Assembly (NCBI GenBank): GCA_945956975.1
Contig: CAMFKC010000001.1
Location: forward strand, 1-40,046
Reading direction: 5' to 3'
Length of the DNA stretch: 40,046 bases
DNA from: an uncultured Methylocystaceae bacterium
GTDB taxonomy: Bacteria > Pseudomonadota > Alphaproteobacteria > Rhizobiales > Beijerinckiaceae
Numbering within the stretch: position 1 is the stretch's first letter; the number at the start of each line of letters is the position of its first letter. Below, piece by piece: positions 28,495 through 37,336 of the stretch. The notes beneath the pieces were generated by a model. The model had not been told where the DNA came from, did no database searches, and was given only the letters and a program-made list of their open reading frames with translations. The position numbers and the translations under genes are program-made.

Positions 28495-29490
28495 TTACCA
28501 GCTCGGGCGTTCGAAGTTGTCGATGGTGTCGGCCGTGATCTTGTCGATGGCGATCTCCTGCACCGGCGGCACCGCGATGCCGTTGGCGACCTTCACAGCC
28601 GTCTGGATGGCGAGCACCGCGTCGTCGATGGGCGACTGCTTGCCCGATCCCGTCTGCCAGCCCGCCTTGATGGCGTCCCAGCCTTCGCCGAACTGGTTGC
28701 AGGTGACGAGCTTGACCTCGCCGGGCTTCTTGCCGGCGGCCTGGAGGGCCGAGATGACGCCGAGGCCCATGCCGTCGTCGAAGGCATAGACGCCGTTGAT
28801 CTTCTCGCCATACTGCGTGAGGAAGGTTTCCATCACGGTCTGGGCCTTCTCGCGGTTCCAGTCGGCCGGCTGGCTCGCCAGGATCTTGATGTCGGGATAC
28901 TTGTCCTCCATCGCGTCGAGGAAGCAGTTGCCGCGCAGGATCGAGACGGAATAGCCCGGCGTGCCCTCGATGACCACGACATTGCCCTTGCCGCCGAGCG
29001 AGTCGCCGAGCATCTCGGCGGCCTGCGAGGCGAGCTTGCAATCGTCCGGCCCGGTATGGGCGGTCACGTATTGACGGCCGGCCTCGCCAATCGGGCTGTT
29101 CGATGTGACGACCGGAATGTTGGCGCGCGAGGCCTGGCGCACGGCGGGGATGAGGGCGTTCTGCGATGTCGGCCACAGCACGATAACGTCCATCTTCTGG
29201 GCGATCATGTCCTGCAACTGGTTGAACTGCGTGGCCGGATCGCCCTGCGGGTCCATGACGGTCGCGTCGATGCCGATCTCCTTGGCATAGGAGACGGCGG
29301 CTTCGGCATATTTCGCCTGGTAGGAGTTCGAGCCGGGGTAAAGCACGGTGATGCCGATGCGGGTATCGGCAAGCGGCTTCTTCAGCTCGCCGCCCAGCCA
29401 GTCGGGCGCCGCCTGGGCCGCGGCCGCTCCGTTGCCGGCGATGGAAGCTGTCAGGGTGAGCGCGGCAGCGAGCGCTGTACGTTTGATCAT
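28495..29490 (-). CDS. Periplasmic sugar-binding protein (type I PBP)
   Basis: ATG 29490 follows GGAGGA. Signal peptide MIKRTALAAALTLTASIAGNGAAAAQA. Paralog of CDS 7109..8059. The longer 405-aa ORF start was rejected. Confidence 0.9.
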   Translation of the reverse strand: MIKRTALAAALTLTASIAGNGAAAAQAAPDWLGGELKKPLADTRIGITVLYPGSNSYQAKYAEAAVSYAKEIGIDATVMDPQGDPATQFNQLQDMIAQKMDVIVLWPTSQNALIPAVRQASRANIPVVTSNSPIGEAGRQYVTAHTGPDDCKLASQAAEMLGDSLGGKGNVVVIEGTPGYSVSILRGNCFLDAMEDKYPDIKILASQPADWNREKAQTVMETFLTQYGEKINGVYAFDDGMGLGVISALQAAGKKPGEVKLVTCNQFGEGWDAIKAGWQTGSGKQSPIDDAVLAIQTAVKVANGIAVPPVQEIAIDKITADTIDNFERPSW

Positions 29491-29582
29491 TGGTTCCTCC
29501 GAGGATTGCGCGCGGGGTCCTCCTCTGGACCGCCGCGGTGCCGAAATCATCGGGTGGGGCGGGATCCCCGCCAATGCGGAAT

Positions 29583-29599
29583 ATATCCACTTTGGATAT
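29583..29599. promoter_or_regulatory. Candidate operator, perfect 7-3-7 inverted repeat (site d1)
   Basis: ATATCCA-CTT-TGGATAT with perfectly complementary arms, in the divergent region between the SBP gene (start 29490, -) and the IdhA-like gene (start 29727, +). Confidence 0.65.
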
Positions 29600-29640
29600 G
29601 CGGGCGCGACCGGGCGACCAGCGGCGGTGGCCGTCCGGCC

Positions 29641-29657
29641 ATATCCATTTTGAACAT
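29641..29657. promoter_or_regulatory. Candidate operator, 7-3-7 inverted repeat (site d2)
   Basis: ATATCCA-TTT-TGAACAT, 58 bp (start to start) downstream of site d1 in the same divergent region. Confidence 0.5.
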
Positions 29658-29726
29658 ATTGAACGTTGTTCGGCCCTGGGGCCTGCTCTCTACTCTCCCT
29701 CGCATCTGGCAAGGGGAGGTTTGTGG

Positions 29727-30743
29727 ATGGCTGGTTTTGCAGTTCTCGGCACCGGGCGCATCGGCGCCATGCATGCCGAGATCATCGCCCGCTCGAGGCA
29801 TTCGAGGGTGGTCTGGACCTATGATGCCGTGCCGGAGCTCGCCGAGCGCGCCGCGGCCCTTTGCGGCGCACGGTGGACGGCCGACGTCGACGAGGCATTG
29901 GCCGACGACGCGGTGGAGGCCGTGCTGATCGCCTCGCCGACGAACACCCATGCGGACCTCATCGTCCGCGCTGCCCGCGCCGGCAAGGCCGTGTTCTGCG
30001 AGAAACCGATCGATGCCGAGCTTGCCAAGGTCGAGGAATGCGCGCGCCAGCTCCAGCCCTATTCTGTTCCGATCCAGATCGGCTTCAACCGCCGCTTCGA
30101 TCCGAGCCACGCCGCCGTCGAAGCGGCGGTGCGCGCGGGCGAGATCGGCGAACTGGAAATGCTCGTCATTTCCAGCCGCGATCCGGAGCCGCCGCCGCGC
30201 CCGATCCTCGAAGCCTGCGGCGGCCTGTTCCGGGACACGACCATCCACGACCTGGACATGGCGCGGTTCATCCTCGGCGAGGAGCCTGTAGAGGTCTATG
30301 CGACGGCATCGAACCTCGTCGATCCGATGATCGGGGAAGTCGGGGACGTCGATACCGCGATGGTCGTGCTCAGGACCGCCAGCGGCAAGCTTTGCCACAT
30401 CAACAATTCGCGCCGCACGACCTACGGCTACGACCAGCGGGTCGAGGCCTTCGGATCGAAGGGCATGGTCCGCTCGGACAATCCGCGCCCGACGGCGCTC
30501 GTGCGCTACGGGTCCGGCGGCACCGCCGTCCGCGATCCTCTGCTGCATTTCTTCATCGAACGCTACCGGGACGCCTATGCGCGGGAGATAAACGCCTTCG
30601 TCGATTTCGTCGAAAAGGGCGGTCCCTCGCCGGTCTCCTTCGAGGATGGGCGACGCGCGCTGATCCTTGCCGAAACGGCAATTCAATCCGCCCGCTCCGG
30701 CGTGGCGGTGAAAGTGGATTACGGCGTCAAGGCGACATCGTAA
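29727..30743 (+). CDS. Inositol 2-dehydrogenase-like oxidoreductase (IdhA/IolG-like, Gfo/Idh/MocA family)
   Basis: ATG 29727 follows AGGGGAGG. Motifs VLGTGRIG, FCEKPI, FNRRFDP. Paralog of CDS 13003..14004. Confidence 0.87.
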   Translation: MAGFAVLGTGRIGAMHAEIIARSRHSRVVWTYDAVPELAERAAALCGARWTADVDEALADDAVEAVLIASPTNTHADLIVRAARAGKAVFCEKPIDAELAKVEECARQLQPYSVPIQIGFNRRFDPSHAAVEAAVRAGEIGELEMLVISSRDPEPPPRPILEACGGLFRDTTIHDLDMARFILGEEPVEVYATASNLVDPMIGEVGDVDTAMVVLRTASGKLCHINNSRRTTYGYDQRVEAFGSKGMVRSDNPRPTALVRYGSGGTAVRDPLLHFFIERYRDAYAREINAFVDFVEKGGPSPVSFEDGRRALILAETAIQSARSGVAVKVDYGVKATS

Positions 30744-30813
30744 CGAAGGCGCCTCGCTGCCGGGAGGGAGTTTTCCGGGGGCGGCGCGATATTTTTTCAA
30801 ACGGGAGGAACAC

Positions 30814-31893
30814 ATGAAATCTACAGTCAGGAATCTCCTTCTTGCCAGCGCAATAGCAACGGTGTCCGCGCTACCAGCAGGGGCCACGAGCGAGGCGCCG
30901 AAGGTCTTCTTCATGCTGCCCAACACCACGACCATCCGCTTCGAGCAACGCGACGCGCCGTTCTTCGTCGAGGCGATGAAGGAGAAGATGCCGAACGCGA
31001 CAGTGACCATCGCGAACGGCCAGGGCGATCCGGCGCGCCAGCAGAAAGAAGTCGAGGATGCCATCGTTCAGGGTGCCGACCTGATCGTACTGATCTCCAC
31101 AGACGCCAACCTTGCCGCCGGTAGCCTGAAGGCCGCATCCGATGCCAAGGTGCCCGTCGTGCTCTACGAGCATGACGCCAAGGGCGGCCCGGCGGCGGCA
31201 TCCGTCGTTTTCGATGCGCTTGCCGTCGGCCAGGCGCAGGGCAAGCGCGCGGCGGAGCTGATCGCGGGCCTGAACAAGGATGTTGTGAACATCGCCCGCG
31301 TGAAGGGTGCGCAGGGCGAATGGGGAACCGGCGAATACGAGAAAGGCCAGAACGAGTATCTCCAGCCGCTCATCGATGCCGGCAAGGTGAAGATCGTCTG
31401 CGAGCAGTACACGCCGAACTGGGACCAGACGATCGCCCAGTCCTTCTCCGAGGACTGCCTGACACGCACGGGCGGCGACGTGGACATGTTCCTCGGCATG
31501 AACGACGGCACCACGGGCGGTGCGGTCGCCGCACTCATTTCCCAGGGATTCAAGCCGGGCGAAAAGCTCGTCGCCGGCGGCCAGGATGCCGACGTGCAGG
31601 CGCTCCAGTTCATCGTGCAGGGCTGGCAGGACGACACGGTCTTCAAGGATCTGCGCATCCAGGCGCGCGCCGCGGCGGATATCTCAGTCGCGCTCCTCAA
31701 GGGCGAACCGCTTCCGAAGGACCTGATGAACACGACTTTTGACAACGGCGGCAATGTCATTCCCGGCGCCTCGCTGCCGGTGGAGATCATCACGCCGTCA
31801 GATGTCGCCAAGGTCGTCGATGCGGGTGTCTGGAGCTGGAAGCAGGTCTGCGAAGGGTCAGGCGGTCAGGGTGTCTGCGAAGGCAAGGAGTAA
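30814..31893 (+). CDS. Periplasmic sugar-binding protein (XylF-like, type I PBP)
   Basis: ATG follows GGGAGGA. Signal peptide MKSTVRNLLLASAIATVSALPAGA. PBP type I architecture, longer than the RbsB-like SBPs in this window. Confidence 0.85.
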   Translation: MKSTVRNLLLASAIATVSALPAGATSEAPKVFFMLPNTTTIRFEQRDAPFFVEAMKEKMPNATVTIANGQGDPARQQKEVEDAIVQGADLIVLISTDANLAAGSLKAASDAKVPVVLYEHDAKGGPAAASVVFDALAVGQAQGKRAAELIAGLNKDVVNIARVKGAQGEWGTGEYEKGQNEYLQPLIDAGKVKIVCEQYTPNWDQTIAQSFSEDCLTRTGGDVDMFLGMNDGTTGGAVAALISQGFKPGEKLVAGGQDADVQALQFIVQGWQDDTVFKDLRIQARAAADISVALLKGEPLPKDLMNTTFDNGGNVIPGASLPVEIITPSDVAKVVDAGVWSWKQVCEGSGGQGVCEGKE

Positions 31894-31951
31894 CGGAGGC
31901 CGGCCGGGAGCACGCTTCCGGCCGGTCCATCGTCTCGTGGAGGAGGACTGC

Positions 31952-32746
31952 ATGCAAACGAAAGACACGATCCCATTGGCTCGCCCTGACAGCATCCTGA
32001 GCCTGCGTGGCATCTCGAAATCCTATGGAGGCGTGAAAGCCCTCGAAAGCGTTTCGCTCGACATCTCGGCGGGGGAGGTTGTTGCCCTCGTCGGCGACAA
32101 CGGTGCTGGCAAATCCACGCTCGTCAAGATCATGGCTGGTGCCATCCGCCCGGACGAAGGCGACTATTCCTTCGAGGGCGAGAAGGTTGCCATCCGCTCA
32201 CCATCCGACGCGACGGCACTCGGCATCCAGACAGTCTACCAGGATCTGGCGCTCTGCAACAATCTCGATGCGGTGCAGAACCTTTTCCTCGGCCGGGAGC
32301 CCGTTGGTCCCTCCATTTTCGGCCAGCGAATCCGGCGCGCGGAATGCGAGGTCCGGGCGCGCGAAGTGCTTCGTCGGCTTCGGCTCGATCATATCTCGAT
32401 CACGCGTCCCGTCGGCGCAATGTCCGGTGGCCAGCGCCAGAACATCGCGATCGCCCGCTCCATTCTCTGGAATCCGAAGGTGGTGCTTTTGGACGAGCCG
32501 ACCGCAGCGCTCAGCCATTCGGCAGCGGCGAAGGTCGGCGAGCTGATCCGCAGCCTTGCCGACCACGGCTTGGGAGTGCTCGTTATTTCCCACGACATCC
32601 ACAACTTCGTCGTGACGGTCACGGATCGCATCGAGGTGCTGCGCCTAGGCAAGAACGCCGGCTCCTATCGCGTCGGCGAGGTGAGCGGCGAGCAGATCGT
32701 CAACGCCATGGTGGGCGGCAACGAAGCGATCAATGCAGCCCGATAA
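31952..32746 (+). CDS. Sugar ABC transporter ATP-binding protein, single NBD (FrcA-like)
   Basis: ATG 31952 follows GGAGGAGGA. Walker A GDNGAGKST, signature MSGGQRQ, Walker B VLLDEPT. About 264 aa, so a single NBD. Confidence 0.9.
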   Translation: MQTKDTIPLARPDSILSLRGISKSYGGVKALESVSLDISAGEVVALVGDNGAGKSTLVKIMAGAIRPDEGDYSFEGEKVAIRSPSDATALGIQTVYQDLALCNNLDAVQNLFLGREPVGPSIFGQRIRRAECEVRAREVLRRLRLDHISITRPVGAMSGGQRQNIAIARSILWNPKVVLLDEPTAALSHSAAAKVGELIRSLADHGLGVLVISHDIHNFVVTVTDRIEVLRLGKNAGSYRVGEVSGEQIVNAMVGGNEAINAAR

Positions 32747-32769
32747 AAAGTGAGACAGGGGATAGGACA

Positions 32770-33990
32770 ATGTCAATCATATCAACCGGGCGCGACAGCC
32801 GGGAAAAGTCGATTTGGGCAGGCCTTCGCAACGCCTGCGAGGGCGTTCTCGACATGCGGACCCTGCCGGTCGCGATCGGCCTCGTCCTGCTAATCGCCTT
32901 CTTCTCTTTCCAAAGCGATGTCTTCCTGACGAGCCGCAACCTGACCAACCTGCTCTCGCAGAGCGTGGTGACGGGGATTATGGCGCTCGGGCTCATCTTC
33001 GTGCTTTTGGTCGGTGAGATCGACCTCTCGGTCGCGGCGATCAGCGGCGTGACGAGCGTTCTCCTCGCCAAGCTGATCATGGATTTCGGCTTTCCGCCGG
33101 CCCTTGCCGTTGCCGTGGCGGTTCTCGTCGGTGCGGGGATCGGCGGACTTTCGGCCCGCTGGATCACATGGATGCGTGTACCCTCCTTCGTCGTGACGCT
33201 GGGCGTCGGGCTCGTGCTCAACGGCCTGCAGCTTGCGCTTCTGCCGGAAACAGGCCGCTACAACCTGCTGGGAACGGGGATTGAGAATGTCGCCGGAGCA
33301 TCACTGAAGGGCCCGCCGGCCTGGATTGCTCTCGGCCTTCTGGTCCTCGTCATGGCAGCGATGCGTTTCACCGCCTATCGCCAGCGCAGCACCGCCGGCC
33401 TCGCGCCCTCGCTCGTCACCGCAGTCGTTCTTCCGCTTCTGCCCTTGATCGTCATCGGCGGTATCGGGGTCGCGCTGCTGGACCTGCACAACGGCGTCCC
33501 AGTGCCCGTCGTTCTCTTCACGGCGCTGCTCGTGGTTGCAGGCTATCTCACCCAGGAAACCCGCATCGGCCTTTATCTCTATGCCGTGGGCGACAACATC
33601 GAGGCGGCACGGCGTGCCGGCATCCGGCCGCAGACCGTCAAGCTGTTCGCGTTCATGGTCGCCGGCGCGCTTGCGGCGCTCGCGGGCCTTCTCGCCGCCT
33701 CGCGTATCCTCGGAGTGTCGGTCTCCTCCGGCGGCGGCATCGGCGGCGGATCGCTGCTGCTGGAATCGATCGCTGCGGCGGTTATCGGCGGTGTCAGCCT
33801 CTTCGGTGGAAAGGGGCGCGTGAGTGCCGCGGTGTTCGGCGCGTTGATCATCGGCACCGTTTCAAACGGGTTGAACCTGATGGGGGTCGGAAACGAGATC
33901 CGTCTGGTCGTGACGGGTTTCCTGCTGGTGCTTGCGGTCTCCGTCGACCGCGTCATCGAACGCTTTGCCGGCCCGTTGAGCCGGGATTAG
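32770..33990 (+). CDS. Sugar ABC transporter permease (XylH-like, long CUT2 permease)
   Basis: ATG 32770 (MSIISTGRDS...). Multi-TM protein with VGEIDLSVAA and IGGVSLFGGKGR motifs. Upstream part of the 548-aa ORF rejected. Confidence 0.88.
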   Translation: MSIISTGRDSREKSIWAGLRNACEGVLDMRTLPVAIGLVLLIAFFSFQSDVFLTSRNLTNLLSQSVVTGIMALGLIFVLLVGEIDLSVAAISGVTSVLLAKLIMDFGFPPALAVAVAVLVGAGIGGLSARWITWMRVPSFVVTLGVGLVLNGLQLALLPETGRYNLLGTGIENVAGASLKGPPAWIALGLLVLVMAAMRFTAYRQRSTAGLAPSLVTAVVLPLLPLIVIGGIGVALLDLHNGVPVPVVLFTALLVVAGYLTQETRIGLYLYAVGDNIEAARRAGIRPQTVKLFAFMVAGALAALAGLLAASRILGVSVSSGGGIGGGSLLLESIAAAVIGGVSLFGGKGRVSAAVFGALIIGTVSNGLNLMGVGNEIRLVVTGFLLVLAVSVDRVIERFAGPLSRD

Positions 33991-34003
33991 AGGAGTGAGA
34001 CAC

Positions 34004-34813
34004 ATGACATCGCTGAAGGGAAAGATCGCGATCGTAACCGGTGGAACCCAGGGGTTGGGCGCCGCAATCGCCACCCTTTTCGCCGAACGCGGCGTCGCGG
34101 GCATCGTCACCTGCGGCCGCAGCGCCGAAAAGGGCGAGGCCCGGGCCAGGGAAATCGCTGCCACATCGGGAACGGACGTGCGCTTCGTGCGGGCCGATCT
34201 CGGCAGCGTGGAGGATTGCCGCCGCGTGGTTTTGGAAGCCGACCGGGCTTTCGGACGCGTGGATGTACTGGTGAATGCCGCAGGCAATACCAATCGCGGC
34301 ACGATCCTCGACACGAACCCGGCCCTCTTCGACCTGCTCTTCGCCGTCAACGTGCGCGCGCCCTTCTTCCTGATGCAGGAGACGATCAGGATCATGCGCC
34401 GCGAAGGCACGGAAGGAGCGATCGTCAACATCTCCTCCATGTCCTCGATGGGCGGCCAGCCGTTCATCGCACCTTACTGCGCCTCGAAGGGCGCCCTCGA
34501 CACCCTGACGCGCAACACCGCCTATGCGCTTCTGCGCAACCGCATCCGGGTCAACAGCCTCAATATCGGCTGGATGGCGTCCGAGGGAGAGGACCAGACG
34601 CAGCGCTCCTTCCACGGTTCGGACGAGAACTGGCTTGAGAAGGCTGCTGCCGCCCAGCCGAACGGCCGTTTGATCGACCCGAACGAAGTTGCCCGTGCCG
34701 TCGCCTTTCTCGCGAGCGGCGAATCCGGCCTCATGACCGGTGCGATCGTCAATTATGACCAGGCGATCTGGGGCGCTTACGACACATCTCCTCATCCGGA
34801 AGCGGCGCTCTAA
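34004..34813 (+). CDS. SDR-family oxidoreductase
   Basis: ATG 34004 lies 7 nt after AGAGGAG. Motifs TGGTQGLG, NAAG and S...YCASK. Confidence 0.88.
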   Translation: MTSLKGKIAIVTGGTQGLGAAIATLFAERGVAGIVTCGRSAEKGEARAREIAATSGTDVRFVRADLGSVEDCRRVVLEADRAFGRVDVLVNAAGNTNRGTILDTNPALFDLLFAVNVRAPFFLMQETIRIMRREGTEGAIVNISSMSSMGGQPFIAPYCASKGALDTLTRNTAYALLRNRIRVNSLNIGWMASEGEDQTQRSFHGSDENWLEKAAAAQPNGRLIDPNEVARAVAFLASGESGLMTGAIVNYDQAIWGAYDTSPHPEAAL

Positions 34814-34830
34814 GGGCTTCCTCCCCGTGC

Positions 34831-34869
34831 AACGCCTGGCGATTGAGGCTCGCTTCAACGCCAGGCGTT
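34831..34869 (+). terminator. Inverted repeat / possible terminator after the SDR gene
   Basis: Perfect 11-bp arms AACGCCTGGCG / CGCCAGGCGTT separated by 17 nt. A second weaker hairpin AGCTGTT-CAAGA-AACAGCT followed by TTTAA is at 34884-34905. Confidence 0.45.
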
Positions 34870-35125
34870 GTATCGGGGTATTCAGCTGTTCAAGAAACAG
34901 CTTTAACGCCGAAACTGGTTTTGTCCCTCGTCTGCGCCGGGACGGCCCTGTGAAACCAGATTTTCTGCCTGCACTCGTCTGTTGACTCTTCTCGTGCTCC
35001 ACAATTAATATTGCGGGCAGTTAGCGATTGCAATTTTTCGTTTTCAATAAACCCCCGGCCCCAAGGCGCCTGGTGTGGGAACCATGGATGCTGCCCGGGG
35101 CAGCAATTCTGACAGGAGGATTTCG

Positions 35126-36235
35126 ATGAATGATATTGCAACGGTGATCGATCTTGTGCAATTCCGGCGCGAGGTGGAGACTGAAACGACGATGGCGATG
35201 TGCCCGACGGCGATCGCCATCGAGAAGAACATTCCCATTTATGACGGGGTGGCCGTCGATGACGGCATCGGCCCGGAATGGGCCTCGGTCATCGGCGAGG
35301 GGCCGGGCGTCTTCGTCGTCAAGCGCGCCTTCGCCGATCCCGGCGCGATCGACGCGGCGAGCGAGGTGTTCCGCCAGATCATCGCCGACGAGCGTGCGGC
35401 CGGCACGGCGGCGGGCGACCATTTCGCCAAGGCCGGCGCCAACGACCGCATCTGGAACAGCCTCCAGAAACTGTGCCTTCGCGATCCCGCCGTCTATGCC
35501 CGCTACATGGCCAATCCGGTGATCGACATCGCCTGCCGCGCCTGGCTCGGGCCGGGCTACCAGATTGCCACCCAGGTCAACCAGGTGCGCCCCGGCGGAA
35601 AGGCGCAGGCGCCGCACCGCGACTACCATCTCGGCTTCATGAAGCCGGAGCAGATGGCGCAGTATCCCACGCACATCCACGCGACCGGCCCGACGCTCAT
35701 CCTGCAAGGTGGCGTCGCCCATTGCGACATGCCGGTCGAAAGCGGCACGACGAAGCTGCTGCCGCATTCGCAGCGCTACCTGCCGGGCTACGTCGCCGCC
35801 ACGCGGCCGGAGTTCCGGGACTATTTTGAGGAGCATTATGTCCAGCTTCCGCTGGAAAAGGGCGATGCCATCTTCTTCAGCCCCGCGCTTTTCCACGCCG
35901 CCGGCGAGAACCGAACGAGCGATGTCGTGCGCATGGTCAACCTCATCCAGACGGCCTCCGCCTTCGCCCGCCACATGGAAAGCCTTGACCGCACGGCGAT
36001 GGCGCGCGCAGTCTATCCCTATCTGGCGGCGCTTTCGCCGGCCGGGCGGCGGGCGGTGATCGCGGCGACAGCGGACGGCTATCCGTTCCCGACCAATCTC
36101 GACACGGATCCGCCGCTCGGCGGCCTTGCGCCGGAAAGCCAGCAGGACCTGCTCGCCCGCGCCGTCGCGGAAGGCTGGGACCAGGCACGGCTCGACGCGG
36201 CCCTGGTCGCACAGGGTGCCAAGCGCGCGGCCTGA
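35126..36235 (+). CDS. Phytanoyl-CoA dioxygenase (PhyH)-family Fe(II)/2-oxoglutarate-type dioxygenase
   Basis: ATG 35126 follows AGGAGGA. Candidate facial-triad motif HRD (in QAPHRDYH) plus a distal His in FFSPALFHAAGENRT. Size and layout fit the PhyH family. Assignment by eye only. Confidence 0.7.
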   Translation: MNDIATVIDLVQFRREVETETTMAMCPTAIAIEKNIPIYDGVAVDDGIGPEWASVIGEGPGVFVVKRAFADPGAIDAASEVFRQIIADERAAGTAAGDHFAKAGANDRIWNSLQKLCLRDPAVYARYMANPVIDIACRAWLGPGYQIATQVNQVRPGGKAQAPHRDYHLGFMKPEQMAQYPTHIHATGPTLILQGGVAHCDMPVESGTTKLLPHSQRYLPGYVAATRPEFRDYFEEHYVQLPLEKGDAIFFSPALFHAAGENRTSDVVRMVNLIQTASAFARHMESLDRTAMARAVYPYLAALSPAGRRAVIAATADGYPFPTNLDTDPPLGGLAPESQQDLLARAVAEGWDQARLDAALVAQGAKRAA

Positions 36236-36320
36236 GCATGCTTCAGAAAAATCGGAAGATTACCCGCAACGGCTTCGGGCGGGGAGCGAACAGGAAGCCA
36301 ATTTCGGGAGGAAGTTACAC

Positions 36321-37265
36321 ATGAAGAAAATCCTGCAGTCCCTGGCGCTCGGCGCCCTTCTCGCCACCACTGCGCTTGCCGGCGCGGCCCATGCCGACGG
36401 TGAGAAGTTCGTCTGGATCAGCCACGGTCCGGATAGCGATAGCTGGTTCAACGTCATCAAGAACGCCATCAAGGTTACGAGCGAGCAGATGGGCGTCACG
36501 ACCGAATACCGCAATCCGCCAACAGGCGACCTCGCCGACATGGCGCGCATCGTGCAGCAGAGCTCGGCGGCCGGCGTCGACGGCATCATCGTCACCATCG
36601 CCGACTACAACGTGCTGGAAGGGCCGATCAAGGACGCCGTCTCCAAGGGCATCCCGGTCGTCACCGTGAACTCAGGCACGGTGGAGGAGAGCCAGAAGCT
36701 CGGCGCGCTGCTGCATGTCGGCCAGCCGGAATACGAAGCGGGCCTCGGCGCCGGCAAGCGCGCGAAGGAGGCGGGGATCACCAGTTTCGTCTGCGTCAAC
36801 CACTACATTACCAACCCCGCCTCGGTGCAGCGTTGCCAAGGCTTTGCCGACGGCATCGGCGTCGAACTCGGCAACCAGATGATCGATTCCGGCATCGACC
36901 CGTCGGAAGTGCAGAACAAGGTGAAAGCCTATCTGACGGCCAACAAGGACACCGGCGCGATCCTGACGCTCGGCCCGAACTCGGCCGAGCCCTCGATCCG
37001 CGCGGTCAAGGAGATGGGCCTTGATGGCGACATCTATTTCGGCACCTTCGACCTCTCCTCCGAGATCTCGGCGGCGATCAAGGACGGCACGATCAACTTC
37101 GCCATCGACCAGCAGCCCTTCCTCCAGGGCTCGATCCCGATCCAGGTGCTGACGAGCTATGTCCGCTACGGTGTCGCCCCGGCCAACTCGATCTTCACGG
37201 GTCCGGGCTTCGTGACCAAGGACAACATCGCGCTCGTCGAGTCGCTGGCGGGCCAGTACCGCTGA
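36321..37265 (+). CDS. Periplasmic sugar-binding protein (type I PBP)
   Basis: ATG 36321 follows GGGAGGAAG. Signal peptide MKKILQSLALGALLATTALAGAAHA. Confidence 0.88.
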   Translation: MKKILQSLALGALLATTALAGAAHADGEKFVWISHGPDSDSWFNVIKNAIKVTSEQMGVTTEYRNPPTGDLADMARIVQQSSAAGVDGIIVTIADYNVLEGPIKDAVSKGIPVVTVNSGTVEESQKLGALLHVGQPEYEAGLGAGKRAKEAGITSFVCVNHYITNPASVQRCQGFADGIGVELGNQMIDSGIDPSEVQNKVKAYLTANKDTGAILTLGPNSAEPSIRAVKEMGLDGDIYFGTFDLSSEISAAIKDGTINFAIDQQPFLQGSIPIQVLTSYVRYGVAPANSIFTGPGFVTKDNIALVESLAGQYR

Positions 37266-37336
37266 CCTGACGGTCCGTCGGGGCGCGCCGGTCGACGGCG
37301 CGCCCCGAACGATTTTCGAGGGAGGAGAATGCATTC

